From: Rickettsiales bacterium
GTDB lineage: Bacteria > Pseudomonadota > Alphaproteobacteria > Rickettsiales > JAIXRX01
Length of the DNA: 64,000 nucleotides
NCBI GenBank assembly: GCA_965247145.1
Contig: CBDFGH010000006.1
Location: 104,778-168,777 of the forward strand
Direction: 5' to 3'
Shown here in pieces: positions 36,956 through 46,543 of the stretch; positions within the stretch are counted from its first letter, which is position 1; every line of letters begins with the position of its first letter. The notes under the pieces were generated by a model. It was not told the origin of the DNA and made no database searches. It was given only the letters and a program-made list of their open reading frames with translations. A program made the position numbers and the translations under genes.

Positions 36956-37714
36956 ATGAACTGGTTCTCCTCTCTTCGCCCCAAGCCCGCGCGCCCGGAT
37001 ATGCCGGAGGCGCCGCCGCGCCATGTCGCCATCATCATGGACGGCAACGGGCGCTGGGCGAAGAGCCGCCACCTGCCGCGCAGCGCCGGTCACCAGCGCG
37101 GGGCGGAATCTCTGCGCCGTACCCTGCGCGCCTGTCATGCCGCCGGGGTGCAATGCCTCACGGTCTATGCCTTCTCGGCCGAAAACTGGCAGCGCCCGGC
37201 TTCCGAGGTCAAGGATCTGATGGGCTTGCTGCAGGCTTATCTGACGCGTGAGGTCGAAGAATTGCACGGCAACGGCGTGCGCCTGCGCTTCATCGGAGAC
37301 CGGTCGGCGCTGGATGCAGGCATCATCCGCCAGTTGGAAGCGGTCGAGGAAAAAACGCGCGGCAACGAAGATTTCCACCTGACCATCGCGCTGAGTTATG
37401 GCGCGCGGCAGGAACTGGCCCATGCGGCGCAAAGCCTCGCGCATGAAGTGGCCAGCGGTACTCTGAAGCTGGAAGAGGTGACGGAAGAAGCCCTGGCCGC
37501 GCGCCTCTACACCGCCGACCTGCCAGATCTCGATCTCGTCATCCGCACCGGGGGCGAGCATCGTTTGAGTAATTTCCTGCTGTGGCAGGCGGCCTATGCC
37601 GAATTATATTTCACCAATACGTTGTGGCCCGATTTCGGCGAGGAAGATCTGCACGCCGCGCTGAATGATTTCAGCCGCCGCGAACGCCGCTTCGGAAAGA
37701 CGGAAGCGGCATGA
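36956..37714 (+). CDS. uppS: Undecaprenyl diphosphate synthase
   Basis: HVAIIMDGNGRWA and the RTGGEHRLSNFLLWQ signature. Confidence 0.95.
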   Translation: MNWFSSLRPKPARPDMPEAPPRHVAIIMDGNGRWAKSRHLPRSAGHQRGAESLRRTLRACHAAGVQCLTVYAFSAENWQRPASEVKDLMGLLQAYLTREVEELHGNGVRLRFIGDRSALDAGIIRQLEAVEEKTRGNEDFHLTIALSYGARQELAHAAQSLAHEVASGTLKLEEVTEEALAARLYTADLPDLDLVIRTGGEHRLSNFLLWQAAYAELYFTNTLWPDFGEEDLHAALNDFSRRERRFGKTEAA

Positions 37715-37734
37715 TGGAAGATGATATGAAAAAA

Positions 37735-37860
37735 CCCTCCCCCCTCGAAGGGGGGAGGCCGGGAGGGGGTGGAGCCGCGAGCAACAGAGCCAGCCGCCCC
37801 ACCCCCACCCTACCCTTCGTCGCCCCTGCGACTCAGCCCCTCAAGGGGAAGGGAATCATC
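37735..37860. repeat. G/C-rich palindromic repeat block lying between uppS and the conserved part of cdsA
   Basis: CCCTCCCCCCTCGAAGGGGGGAGG (37735-37758), the CCTGCGACT core (37825-37833) and CCCCTCAAGGGG (37834-37853 region). Confidence 0.7.
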
Positions 37861-37898
37861 CACGTTCCAGCCTGAAATCGCGCATCCTCTCCGCGCTG

Positions 37899-38519
37899 GT
37901 GATGGTGCCGTTGGCGGTGGGATGGGCGTTGTCGCCGCATTGGCTGTTTACGGCGGGTCTGGTCGCGCTCACTTTGCTGCTGTGGTGGGAATGGTGGGGG
38001 ATTGCGCGGAAGACGAGCATGGCGCTGGCGCTGTTCGGCATGCCCTATATCGGCCTCACCGCCGCCGCTTTGTACGACATGCACGCCCATGCGACATCGA
38101 CCCTGCACCCGAACGCACCGCTCGGCCCGATGATCGTGCTGGGTACCGCGCTGCTATTGAGCGTAATCGACGTCTCGGCCTTCATCGCAGGCAAAACCAT
38201 CGGCGGGCCGAAGCTCGCCCCACGCATCAGCCCCGGCAAGACCTGGGCAGGTTTGCTGGGCGCGATGCTGTGCTGCGGGCTGGTGCTGATGCTTACGCAC
38301 CGCCATATACCCGCTTTGGGTATGGTGCTCGGCGGCTATCTCCTCGCCATCGTGGCCCAAATCGGCGATTTGTTCGAATCCTGGGTGAAGCGCCGCGCGG
38401 GCGTAAAGGATTCCGGCCGCCTCATCCCCGGCCATGGCGGCTTGCTCGACCGGCTGGACGGCTACCTCACTGCCGTGCCGATGATCTGGCTGTGGCTCAG
38501 CTGGAAAGGCGTGCTGTGA
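37899..38519 (+). CDS. cdsA: Phosphatidate cytidylyltransferase (start codon problematic, see findings)
   Basis: C-terminal signature SWVKRRAGVKDSGRLIPGHGGLLDRLD. The first canonical start in frame is GTG 37899 / ATG 37902. The conserved N-terminal motif LKSRILSALV is encoded upstream of it, at 37872-37901. Confidence 0.8.
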   Translation: MMVPLAVGWALSPHWLFTAGLVALTLLLWWEWWGIARKTSMALALFGMPYIGLTAAALYDMHAHATSTLHPNAPLGPMIVLGTALLLSVIDVSAFIAGKTIGGPKLAPRISPGKTWAGLLGAMLCCGLVLMLTHRHIPALGMVLGGYLLAIVAQIGDLFESWVKRRAGVKDSGRLIPGHGGLLDRLDGYLTAVPMIWLWLSWKGVL

Positions 38520-39685
38520 GCCCTGCCCCCCAGCGCGTCACGCTCCTTGGCGCGACCGGTTCCATCGGGCAAAGCGCGCTGCGCGTGATCGCGCATGCGG
38601 GCGCGGCTTTCCGGGTAAGCGCAATGACGGCGCAGGATAAAGCGGCCGAACTCGCCGCCCTCGCCCGCCAATGGCAGCCCGAATTCGTCGCCATCGGCAA
38701 TCCGGCGCATTACGCCGCGCTGAAAGAAGCGCTCGGCGGCACCGGCATCGAAGTGGCCGCCGGGCCGGAAGCGCTGGTCGAAGCGGCACGGCGGGAAACC
38801 GATATCGTGGTGGCCGGCATCGTGGGCGCGGCGGGGCTGGGCCCGACCATGGCCGCGCTCGCCCCGGGCCGCCGTTTGCTGCTGGCCAACAAGGAATGTC
38901 TGGTCTGTGCCGGGCCGCTGTTCATGGCGCGGGTGCGCGAGACGGGCACGCTGCTGCTGCCGGTGGATTCGGAACATAACGCGATCTTCCAACTGTTCGA
39001 CCCCGCGCGGGCGAGCGAAGTGGAAAGCATCACGCTCACCGCCTCCGGCGGCCCGTTCCGCGATTGGAGCCTGGCGCGCATGGCCACCGCCACCCCCGCC
39101 CAGGCCGTGGCCCACCCGACCTGGAGCATGGGCGCGAAGATTTCGGTCGATTCGGCGACGATGATGAATAAGGGGCTGGAGGCGATCGAGGCCTTTCACC
39201 TGTTCCCGCTTGCGCCCGATCAAATCCGCATCGTCGTGCACCCCCAATCGGTGGTGCATGGTTTCGTGAGTTTCCGCGACGGCAGCACGCTGGCGCATTT
39301 GAGCGGCACGCAGATGAGCGTGCCCATCGCGCATGCCATGCACTGGCCCCACCGCGGCCCCTGCCCCACTCCGGCGCTGGATCTCACGCAACTCGGCACG
39401 CTTACCTTTGAAGCGCCGGACGAGACGCGATTCTCCGCTTTGCGCCTCGCCCGCGAAGCACTCACCGCCGGAGCAGCCGCCCAGCTGGCGCTGAATGCGG
39501 CAAACGAAGTGGCGGTGGCGGCGTTTCTCGAAGGCCGCCTAAGCTTCACCGGCATCGCCGAATTGGTGGAAGAAACACTCGCCGCTTTGCCCGGCACGAC
39601 GCCCGCTACGCTGGAAGATGTGCTGGCGATGGATGCGGCCATCCGCACCGATGCCACCCACCGCCTCGCCCGCCTCGCCGCCTGA
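38516..39685 (+). CDS. dxr: 1-deoxy-D-xylulose 5-phosphate reductoisomerase
   Basis: The GTG at 38516 overlaps the cdsA stop (GTGA). Motifs LLGATGSIG, LANKE and DSEHNAIFQ are present. The track ORF 37769..39685 is an upstream read-through of this frame. Confidence 0.93.
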   Translation: MSPAPQRVTLLGATGSIGQSALRVIAHAGAAFRVSAMTAQDKAAELAALARQWQPEFVAIGNPAHYAALKEALGGTGIEVAAGPEALVEAARRETDIVVAGIVGAAGLGPTMAALAPGRRLLLANKECLVCAGPLFMARVRETGTLLLPVDSEHNAIFQLFDPARASEVESITLTASGGPFRDWSLARMATATPAQAVAHPTWSMGAKISVDSATMMNKGLEAIEAFHLFPLAPDQIRIVVHPQSVVHGFVSFRDGSTLAHLSGTQMSVPIAHAMHWPHRGPCPTPALDLTQLGTLTFEAPDETRFSALRLAREALTAGAAAQLALNAANEVAVAAFLEGRLSFTGIAELVEETLAALPGTTPATLEDVLAMDAAIRTDATHRLARLAA

Positions 39686-39764
39686 TTGGCAGCGCCCCTT
39701 GGCTATGCTAGATTCCCACCCTATCTAATCATTACGTCATTCAGGCGACCACAAAGGATTTCGC

Positions 39765-40883
39765 ATGCAATCCCTCCTCCATTTTGGCCAGACCATCGGC
39801 GCCTTCGTGCTCATCCTGTCGGTCATCGTGTTCATCCATGAATTCGGGCATTACATCGTGGCGAAGGCGTGCGGGGTGGGCATACAGACCTTCTCCATCG
39901 GCTTCGGGCGCGAGCTGCTCGGCTTCACCGACCGCACGGGCACACGCTGGAAGATCAGCCTATTGCCCTTGGGCGGCTATGTGAAAATGGTGGGGGATGC
40001 AGGCCCGGCGAGCAATGCCGATCATGAGGCTTTGCGTGAACTCTCGCCCGAACAGCGCAAGCGCGCCTTCCATTTCAAGCCGCTATGGCAGAAGGCGCTC
40101 GTCGTGCTGGCCGGGCCCGTAGCGAATTTCATTCTGGCCACCGCCATCTTCTTCGGCTTCCTGCTCTCCAGCGGCATCACCTCCACCGAACCGGTGGCGG
40201 GGGAGATTCTGCCGGGCAGCGCGGCGCAGGAAGCGGGTATTATGCCGGGCGACCGGATATTGAGCGTGGACGGCCAGGAGATCGCGCGCTTCAACGATAT
40301 TCCCTTTGCGGTGATGCCCAACCTCGGCACCCCCATCCCCATCCGTCTACAGCGCGGAGAAACCACGCTCAACCTCACCATCACCCCGCATGTGGAAGAA
40401 GTGGCGGATGGCGGCGAGCATGTCGGCCATCAGGGCCGTTTGGGCATCCGCAGCCAGATCCAGACCTTCGAACAGGTCGGCGTGGTCGGTGCGCTGAAAG
40501 AATCCATCTCCAAAATCTGGCAGATCAGCGCCATGTCACTCCGCGTGGTGGGGCAGATGATTACGGGCCACCGCGCGCCGAACGAACTGACCGGGCCCGT
40601 CGGCATCGCCAAAATGTCGGGTGAGGCGGCGAGCAATGGCTGGCAGACCATCCTGTGGTTCATCGCGCTACTTTCGGTCAATCTTGGCATGGTGAACCTC
40701 TTCCCCATCCCCATGCTGGACGGGGGGCACCTCGTGCTCTACGGCATCGAAGCCGTGCGTGGCCGCCCGCTGCCGCCCAAATTCGTGGAATACAGCTTCC
40801 GCGTCGGCACCGCGATGCTGGCGATGCTGATGACCTACACATTCCTGAACGATATTTTCCATCTGGCAGGCAGCAGTTTGTAG
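39765..40883 (+). CDS. rseP: RIP zinc metalloprotease RseP
   Basis: HEFGHY zinc site at the N-terminus, a PDZ region, and a C-terminal NLFPIPMLDGGH motif. Confidence 0.92.
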   Translation: MQSLLHFGQTIGAFVLILSVIVFIHEFGHYIVAKACGVGIQTFSIGFGRELLGFTDRTGTRWKISLLPLGGYVKMVGDAGPASNADHEALRELSPEQRKRAFHFKPLWQKALVVLAGPVANFILATAIFFGFLLSSGITSTEPVAGEILPGSAAQEAGIMPGDRILSVDGQEIARFNDIPFAVMPNLGTPIPIRLQRGETTLNLTITPHVEEVADGGEHVGHQGRLGIRSQIQTFEQVGVVGALKESISKIWQISAMSLRVVGQMITGHRAPNELTGPVGIAKMSGEAASNGWQTILWFIALLSVNLGMVNLFPIPMLDGGHLVLYGIEAVRGRPLPPKFVEYSFRVGTAMLAMLMTYTFLNDIFHLAGSSL

Positions 40884-41159
40884 AGGCAGAGGTTACACAG
40901 GCGGCCGAGTTCGCCGCAGCATTCTCATCGGTTCGAAAAGGTAATGGGCACGCTACCGGTGCAGTTCATTGGTCGCACTGTGATGGGAGAGCAGTAGGCC
41001 CGAGCCAGCCCTGAGCTCGCATAGCGTCAGGCCCATCGTGGGCGCAGTAGCGCCTATGGGGGCAAATGCAATAACCCAACCACGCTTTCTTCTTGCAGCC
41101 CGGCTGCTTTCGGCTAAAACACCTGCATCGATCGACTTACCCCTTTTTTACAGGGAATC

Positions 41160-43460
41160 ATGCGCGCGTTTTTCCGCCATTTCTCCATCCCGCTTTTCGC
41201 CTGTGTTCTGGCGTTTCCCTGTATCGCGCTTTCCGGTGCAGCGCTCGCCGTGGAAACCAGCCGTGTTTCGGACGTGACCGTGCATGGCAACCAGCGCATC
41301 GAACAAAGCACCATCCAGTCTTATCTCGGCATTCAGCCCGGCGCGAATGTGGGGCAGTACGAGCTCGACAACGCGCTGCGCCGTTTGTTCGAAACCGGCT
41401 TTTTCAGCGACGTGCAGATCGTGCCGAAAGCAGGGGCGAACGGCACCAGCCTCGATGTGCGCATCGTCGAAAACCCGGTCATCAACCAGATCAGTTTCGA
41501 AGGCAACAAAAACATCGAGGACAAAGACATCCAGGCCGAGCTGGAACTGAAGCCGCGCGTGATCTACACCCGCACCCGCGCGCAGAACGACACGCGCCGC
41601 ATCCTCGACCTCTACCGCAAGCAAGGCCGCTATTCGGCGACCGTGGATCCCAAGCTCATCAAGCGCGACCAGAACCGCGTCGATCTCGTCTTCGAGATCA
41701 ACGAAGGCCCCACCGCGAAGGTGGAGCGCATCGGTTTCGTGGGCAACAAAATGTTTTCGGCGGATGATCTGCGCCGCGCCATTCGCACCGCCGAACGCCG
41801 CTGGTACAAATTCCTCAGCTCGGACGACACCTACGACACCGACAAGCTGCAATACGACCAGGAATTGCTGCGCCGTTATTACGTCTCGCAAGGTTACGCC
41901 GATTTCCAGGTGAAATCCGCCGTGGCCGAGCTCAGCCCGCAGAAGGACGCTTTCAACATCACCTTCACCATCGAAGAAGGCGAGAAATACGATTTCGGCG
42001 CGGTGGAAGTGCAAAGCGCCCTCAAAGGCATCAGCGGCGATCAATTCACCGACAAACTCACCGTGCGCGAGGGCGAGCTGTACAACGCCAGCGAAGTCGA
42101 AAACAGCGTGGACGCCATCGTGCGCGATCTCGGCGACCGGGGCTATGCCTTCATCGACGTTTCACCCGATTTCAAGCGCGACGCGGCGAACAAGAAAGTG
42201 GGCGTGGTCTTCAACATCAAGGAAGGCCCGAAAGTCTATGTCGAACGCATCGACATCAAAGGCAACAGCCGTACGCTCGATAAAGTCATCCGCCGCGAAT
42301 TCCGCCTCGCCGAGGGCGATCCCTACAGCACTTCCAAGCTGGCCCGCACGCAGGAACGTTTGAACAATCTAGGCTATTTCGAGAAGGTCAATATCGCCAA
42401 CAAGCCGGGCAGCGCGCCGGATAAAGCGGTGCTGGACGTGGATGTGACCGAGAAATCCACCGGTGAACTTTCCTTAGGCGGCGGCTATTCGTCGGTCGAC
42501 GGGGCCTTGGCCGATTTCGGGATTCGCGAGACCAACCTGCTGGGCCGCGGCCAGGATCTGCGCCTGCGCGCCATGCTCGCCGTGCGCCGCCAGGAATACG
42601 ATGTCGGCTTCACCGAGCCCTATTTCCTGAATCGCGAAATCTCCGCCGGGGTCGATCTATTCAAGACCAGCCAGGATTTCAGCCAGCAAAGCTCGTTCGA
42701 CCGTAAATCCAACGGCGGCCGTCTGCGCATGGGCTATGCCTTGACCGAGCATACCCGCCACAGTTTCAACTATACGCTCGACGACACCAGCATCGATAAC
42801 GTCTCCGCCACCGCCAGCCGCTTCATCCGTGAACAAGCGGGTTCGACGCTCACCTCCAGCGTCGGCCAGAGCATCAGCTACGATACGCGCAACAATCGTT
42901 TCGATCCCAGCAGCGGCATGCTGCTCTCGCTGCGCCAGGACGTGGCGGGCGTGGGCGGAGACTCGCATTTCCTGCGTCACGAAGCGGACGCCGCGTTCTA
43001 TTATCCTTTCGCCAAGCAATGGACGGGATCGCTTAGCGGGTCCGCGGGTTACATCCAGGGCCTGGGCGAAGATGTGCGCATCCAGAACCGCTTCTTCATC
43101 GGCGAGCGCCAATTCCGCGGCTTCAACCAAGCCGGTATCGGCCCGCGCGACACGACCACGCGCGATGCGCTGGGAGGAAATTCTTATTATATCGGCACCG
43201 CCGAACTTCTCTTCCCGCTGGGACTACCGGAAGATCTCGGCTTCCGCGGCGCGATCTTCACGGATGTCGGCAGCTTGTGGAACGCCGCCGACAAAGGCCC
43301 CGACGTGGCCGACAGCAGCGCCATGCGCGTCAGCAGCGGGGTCGGCCTTGCCTGGACCTCTCCCTTCGGCCCCATCCGCATCGATCTGGCGAAAGCCATC
43401 GCCAAGCAGAAAGAAGACGAAACGCAATTGATCCGTTTCAGCTTCGGCACCCGTTTCTAA
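41160..43460 (+). CDS. bamA: Outer-membrane protein assembly factor BamA
   Basis: 766 aa: signal peptide, five POTRA-like repeats, and a C-terminal barrel ending ...IRFSFGTRF. Confidence 0.95.
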   Translation: MRAFFRHFSIPLFACVLAFPCIALSGAALAVETSRVSDVTVHGNQRIEQSTIQSYLGIQPGANVGQYELDNALRRLFETGFFSDVQIVPKAGANGTSLDVRIVENPVINQISFEGNKNIEDKDIQAELELKPRVIYTRTRAQNDTRRILDLYRKQGRYSATVDPKLIKRDQNRVDLVFEINEGPTAKVERIGFVGNKMFSADDLRRAIRTAERRWYKFLSSDDTYDTDKLQYDQELLRRYYVSQGYADFQVKSAVAELSPQKDAFNITFTIEEGEKYDFGAVEVQSALKGISGDQFTDKLTVREGELYNASEVENSVDAIVRDLGDRGYAFIDVSPDFKRDAANKKVGVVFNIKEGPKVYVERIDIKGNSRTLDKVIRREFRLAEGDPYSTSKLARTQERLNNLGYFEKVNIANKPGSAPDKAVLDVDVTEKSTGELSLGGGYSSVDGALADFGIRETNLLGRGQDLRLRAMLAVRRQEYDVGFTEPYFLNREISAGVDLFKTSQDFSQQSSFDRKSNGGRLRMGYALTEHTRHSFNYTLDDTSIDNVSATASRFIREQAGSTLTSSVGQSISYDTRNNRFDPSSGMLLSLRQDVAGVGGDSHFLRHEADAAFYYPFAKQWTGSLSGSAGYIQGLGEDVRIQNRFFIGERQFRGFNQAGIGPRDTTTRDALGGNSYYIGTAELLFPLGLPEDLGFRGAIFTDVGSLWNAADKGPDVADSSAMRVSSGVGLAWTSPFGPIRIDLAKAIAKQKEDETQLIRFSFGTRF

Positions 43461-43494
43461 TCACTTTGTTCTTTTCATCTTGAAAGGTTTTTCC

Positions 43495-44046
43495 ATGACT
43501 TTGCTTCCCCTGCGCCGCGCTCTCGCCACCGCCAGCCTGTCGCTCGCCCTTGCCTTCGCCGCCACTGCCGCACATGCGGCAGACGTGGCCGTGGCTGCGG
43601 TCAATACCCAGGACATTCTTAACAAATCCACCGCCGCCCAATCGCTGAAAAGCCAAGCCGAAGCCAAAGGCAAGGAATTCCAAGCCTCATTGAAAGCGAA
43701 ATCGGATGCGCTGAACAAGGAAGAAGCCGAACTCGCCAAACAGCGCTCCGTACTGGCCCAAGACGCCTTCGAAGCCAAAGTGAAAGCATTCCGCACCAAA
43801 GCGACCGACGCACAGAAAGACGCCCAGGACAAGAAAGCCAGCATCGACAAAGCCCTCAATAAAGGTTTCGCCGAAATCCAGAAAAGCTTCCTCGAAATCG
43901 TCAGCGGCATTGCGAAGACCAAAGGCTACAAAGCGGTGGTTACCACCAACGCACTCGCTTTCATGGACCCGTCGATCGATATTTCCGAAGAAGTGCTGAC
44001 CCAGCTGAACGCCAAGCTGCCCAAAGTGACCGTCAAGTTCGAGTAG
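43495..44046 (+). CDS. skp: OmpH/Skp-family periplasmic chaperone
   Basis: Signal peptide MTLLPLRRALATASLSLALAFAATAAHA followed by a Lys/Ala/Glu-rich coiled coil. It is in the conserved position between bamA and lpxD. Confidence 0.8.
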   Translation: MTLLPLRRALATASLSLALAFAATAAHAADVAVAAVNTQDILNKSTAAQSLKSQAEAKGKEFQASLKAKSDALNKEEAELAKQRSVLAQDAFEAKVKAFRTKATDAQKDAQDKKASIDKALNKGFAEIQKSFLEIVSGIAKTKGYKAVVTTNALAFMDPSIDISEEVLTQLNAKLPKVTVKFE

Positions 44047-44105
44047 CATTCCATTCCGGCGCGGCGGCCCTAATCGTCGCGCCAGAATAAAAACGGCGCA
44101 TACCC

Positions 44106-45179
44106 ATGACAGACGCACGCTTTTTTACCAATCATGGCCCCTTCACCGTCGCACATCTCGCGGCGTTGGCGGGGTGCGAAGCAATGGTGAATGCAGGCGG
44201 TACGCTCATGCCTGCCAACGACGCCAGACTTGCCGCTGCGGTCGAGGACGTCGCCCCGTTGGATCGCGCCGGGCCGAGCGAGCTAAGCTTCCTCGACAAT
44301 CCGAAATACATCGATTCCTTCCGCGCCTCAAAGGCGGGTTTCTGCCTCGTGCGTCCCAAACAAGCCGCCGCCGCGCCGGAAGACATGTTGCTGCTGGTCA
44401 CGCCCGATCCCTATCGGGCGTATGCCGTCGTCGCTACCGCTTTCTATCCCCGTCCACGCGGCACCGGCATCGTCGCCCCGCAAGCGGTGATCCATCCCAC
44501 CGCCACCATCGGCGAAAATGCGCAGATCGATGCTTATGCCGTGATCGGCGAAGGTGCGGAAATCGGCGCGCGCACGATCATCGGAGCGGGCAGCGTCATC
44601 GGCCCCGGCGTCGTCATCGGCGAAGATAGCCAGATCGGCTGTCATAGCACGCTCAGCCATTGCCTTGTCGGGTCGCGCGTGCTCATCCATCACGGCGTGC
44701 ATATCGGGCAGGACGGTTTCGGCTTCGCCTCCGACCGCAGCGGCCATATGAAAGTGCCGCAGCTGGGCCGCGTCCTCATCGAGGACGATGTCGAAATCGG
44801 CTCCGGAAGCTGCATCGACCGCGGCGCGAGTACCGACACGCGCGTCGGTGCGGGCACCAAGATCGACAATCTCGTCATGCTCGGCCACAATGTACAGGTG
44901 GGCCGCATGAGCATCATCGTTTCGCAATCCGGTATTGCCGGTTCCACCAAGCTGGGGGATGGCGTGGTGCTGGGTGCGCAGGCGGGACTGGCGGGGCATT
45001 TGAATATCGGCAGCGGCGCCAAGCTCGCGGCGCGCTCCGGCTTGATGCACGATGTGCCGGCAGGCGCCGTGTGGGGCGGCGCACCCGCCATGCCCATCAA
45101 ACAATGGCACCGCCAGACCCTGGCGCTGCAACGAATGAACAAGCAAACGCCCAAAAGCGACACGAAGGACGAAGCATGA
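44106..45179 (+). CDS. lpxD: UDP-3-O-acylglucosamine N-acyltransferase
   Basis: 357 aa with left-handed beta-helix hexapeptide repeats, in the conserved position. Confidence 0.93.
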   Translation: MTDARFFTNHGPFTVAHLAALAGCEAMVNAGGTLMPANDARLAAAVEDVAPLDRAGPSELSFLDNPKYIDSFRASKAGFCLVRPKQAAAAPEDMLLLVTPDPYRAYAVVATAFYPRPRGTGIVAPQAVIHPTATIGENAQIDAYAVIGEGAEIGARTIIGAGSVIGPGVVIGEDSQIGCHSTLSHCLVGSRVLIHHGVHIGQDGFGFASDRSGHMKVPQLGRVLIEDDVEIGSGSCIDRGASTDTRVGAGTKIDNLVMLGHNVQVGRMSIIVSQSGIAGSTKLGDGVVLGAQAGLAGHLNIGSGAKLAARSGLMHDVPAGAVWGGAPAMPIKQWHRQTLALQRMNKQTPKSDTKDEA

Positions 45180-45646
45180 CCGAGACCACGCCATCCTCCG
45201 CCCATACCGGCAAGATCGACATCCTGCGGATCCTCGAACTCATCCCCCACCGCTATCCGTTTCTGCTGGTGGACAAAGCACAGGATTTCGTGGCAGGCGA
45301 AAGCGTGGTCGGCATCAAGAACGTGACGTACAACGAGCAGTTTTTCGTCGGCCATTTCCCCTCCCAGCCCGTCATGCCCGGCGTGCTGATCATCGAGGCC
45401 ATGGCGCAGACTTCGGCCATTCTGGTGGTGGAAACCCTGGGCGGCGCTTTCGCCGGCAAGATCGTCTATTTCATGTCGGTCGAGGAAGCGAAGTTCCGCA
45501 AGCCGGTGGGCCCGGGCGACCAATTGCACATTCATGTGAAAGTGCTGAAAAGCCGGGGCAACATCTGGAAATGCGCCTGCGAAGCGAAGGTGGACGGGCT
45601 GAAAGTGGCCGAAGCCACCATCACCGCCATGATCATGGACCGCTAG
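45176..45646 (+). CDS. fabZ: 3-hydroxyacyl-ACP dehydratase
   Basis: The ATG at 45176 overlaps the lpxD stop (ATGA). Motifs: [31 protein letters not shown]. Confidence 0.95.
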   Translation: MTETTPSSAHTGKIDILRILELIPHRYPFLLVDKAQDFVAGESVVGIKNVTYNEQFFVGHFPSQPVMPGVLIIEAMAQTSAILVVETLGGAFAGKIVYFMSVEEAKFRKPVGPGDQLHIHVKVLKSRGNIWKCACEAKVDGLKVAEATITAMIMDR

Positions 45647-45647
45647 A

Positions 45648-46448
45648 GTGAGTATTCACCCCACCGCCATCGTCGCTTCCGGCGCGCGCATCCACGAAAG
45701 CGCCGAGATCGGGCCTTATTGCATCGTGGGCGAACATGTCGAACTGGCAGCAAACGTGGTGCTGAAATCGCATGTTTCCTTAGATGGTCGCACCAGCATC
45801 GGCGAAGGCACCGTGGTGCATCCCTTTGCTTCCTTGGGCTCCCCGCCGCAGGATCTCAAATACAGGGGCGAGCCGTCGCAGCTCATCATCGGCGCGCGCA
45901 ACCAGATCCGCGAGCACGTCACGATGAATCCCGGCACCGAGGGCGGCGGTATGATCACCCGCGTGGGGGATGACAATCTGTTCATGGTCGGCATCCATCT
46001 CGGGCATGATTGCCAGGTGGGCAACCGCGTGATCCTCGCCAATAATTGCATCGTTGCGGGCCATGTGACGATCGGCGATTATGCGCTGCTGGGCGGACAT
46101 TCCGCCGTGCATCAATTCGTCCGCATCGGCGCGCATGCCATCATCGGCGGCATGACCGGGATCGATCACGATGTCATTCCGTACGGCTCGGTACTGGGAG
46201 AACGCGGATATCTGGCGGGTTTGAATCTGGTTGGGCTGAAACGTCGCGGCTTCGAGCGCGAAACCATCCACGCCTTGCGCAACGCGTTTAAATTTCTCTT
46301 CGAGTCCGACGAAGGTGTGCTCGCGGACCGTCTGCGCGCGGGGCGCGAGAAATACGGTGCCGTGCCGGAAGTGACGGAAATACTCGATTTCCTTTCGGCT
46401 GAAAGTGCGCGCTCCTTCACCATGCCCAAACAAGCCGGCAATATGTAA
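45648..46448 (+). CDS. lpxA: UDP-N-acetylglucosamine O-acyltransferase
   Basis: GTG start 2 nt after the fabZ stop. Hexapeptide repeats and a helical C-terminal domain. Confidence 0.95.
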   Translation: MSIHPTAIVASGARIHESAEIGPYCIVGEHVELAANVVLKSHVSLDGRTSIGEGTVVHPFASLGSPPQDLKYRGEPSQLIIGARNQIREHVTMNPGTEGGGMITRVGDDNLFMVGIHLGHDCQVGNRVILANNCIVAGHVTIGDYALLGGHSAVHQFVRIGAHAIIGGMTGIDHDVIPYGSVLGERGYLAGLNLVGLKRRGFERETIHALRNAFKFLFESDEGVLADRLRAGREKYGAVPEVTEILDFLSAESARSFTMPKQAGNM

Positions 46449-46452
46449 CTTC

Positions 46453-46540
46453 GTCATCCTGCGGCCGCGCAGCGGAGCGCAGGATGACTTTCTGCCATAA
46501 CACCGAGATCCTGTGCTGCCCTCCGGGCCCGCAGGATGAC
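46453..46540. repeat. REP-like palindromes of the GTCATCCTGCG...CGCAGGATGAC family
   Basis: Hairpin at 46453-46488 plus a half-copy GCAGGATGAC at 31-40 of line 46501 (46531-46540). The same arms occur at 60772-60851. Confidence 0.7.
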
Positions 46541-46543
46541 GAG

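Noticed and set aside
37769-39685. 638-aa ORF spanning cdsA and dxr
   Set aside because: Only the part from the GTG at 38516 is Dxr (GATGSIG onward). The upstream 250 codons are out-of-frame read-through over the repeat block and cdsA.
40884-41159. Small RNA or small ORF in the 276-bp rseP-bamA spacer
   Set aside because: Only short 5-bp stems are present (GGCGC-AGTA-GCGCC, GCAGC-CCG-GCTGC), with no terminator-like U-tract. The 79-aa track ORF 41038..41277 overlaps the bamA start and has junk composition.
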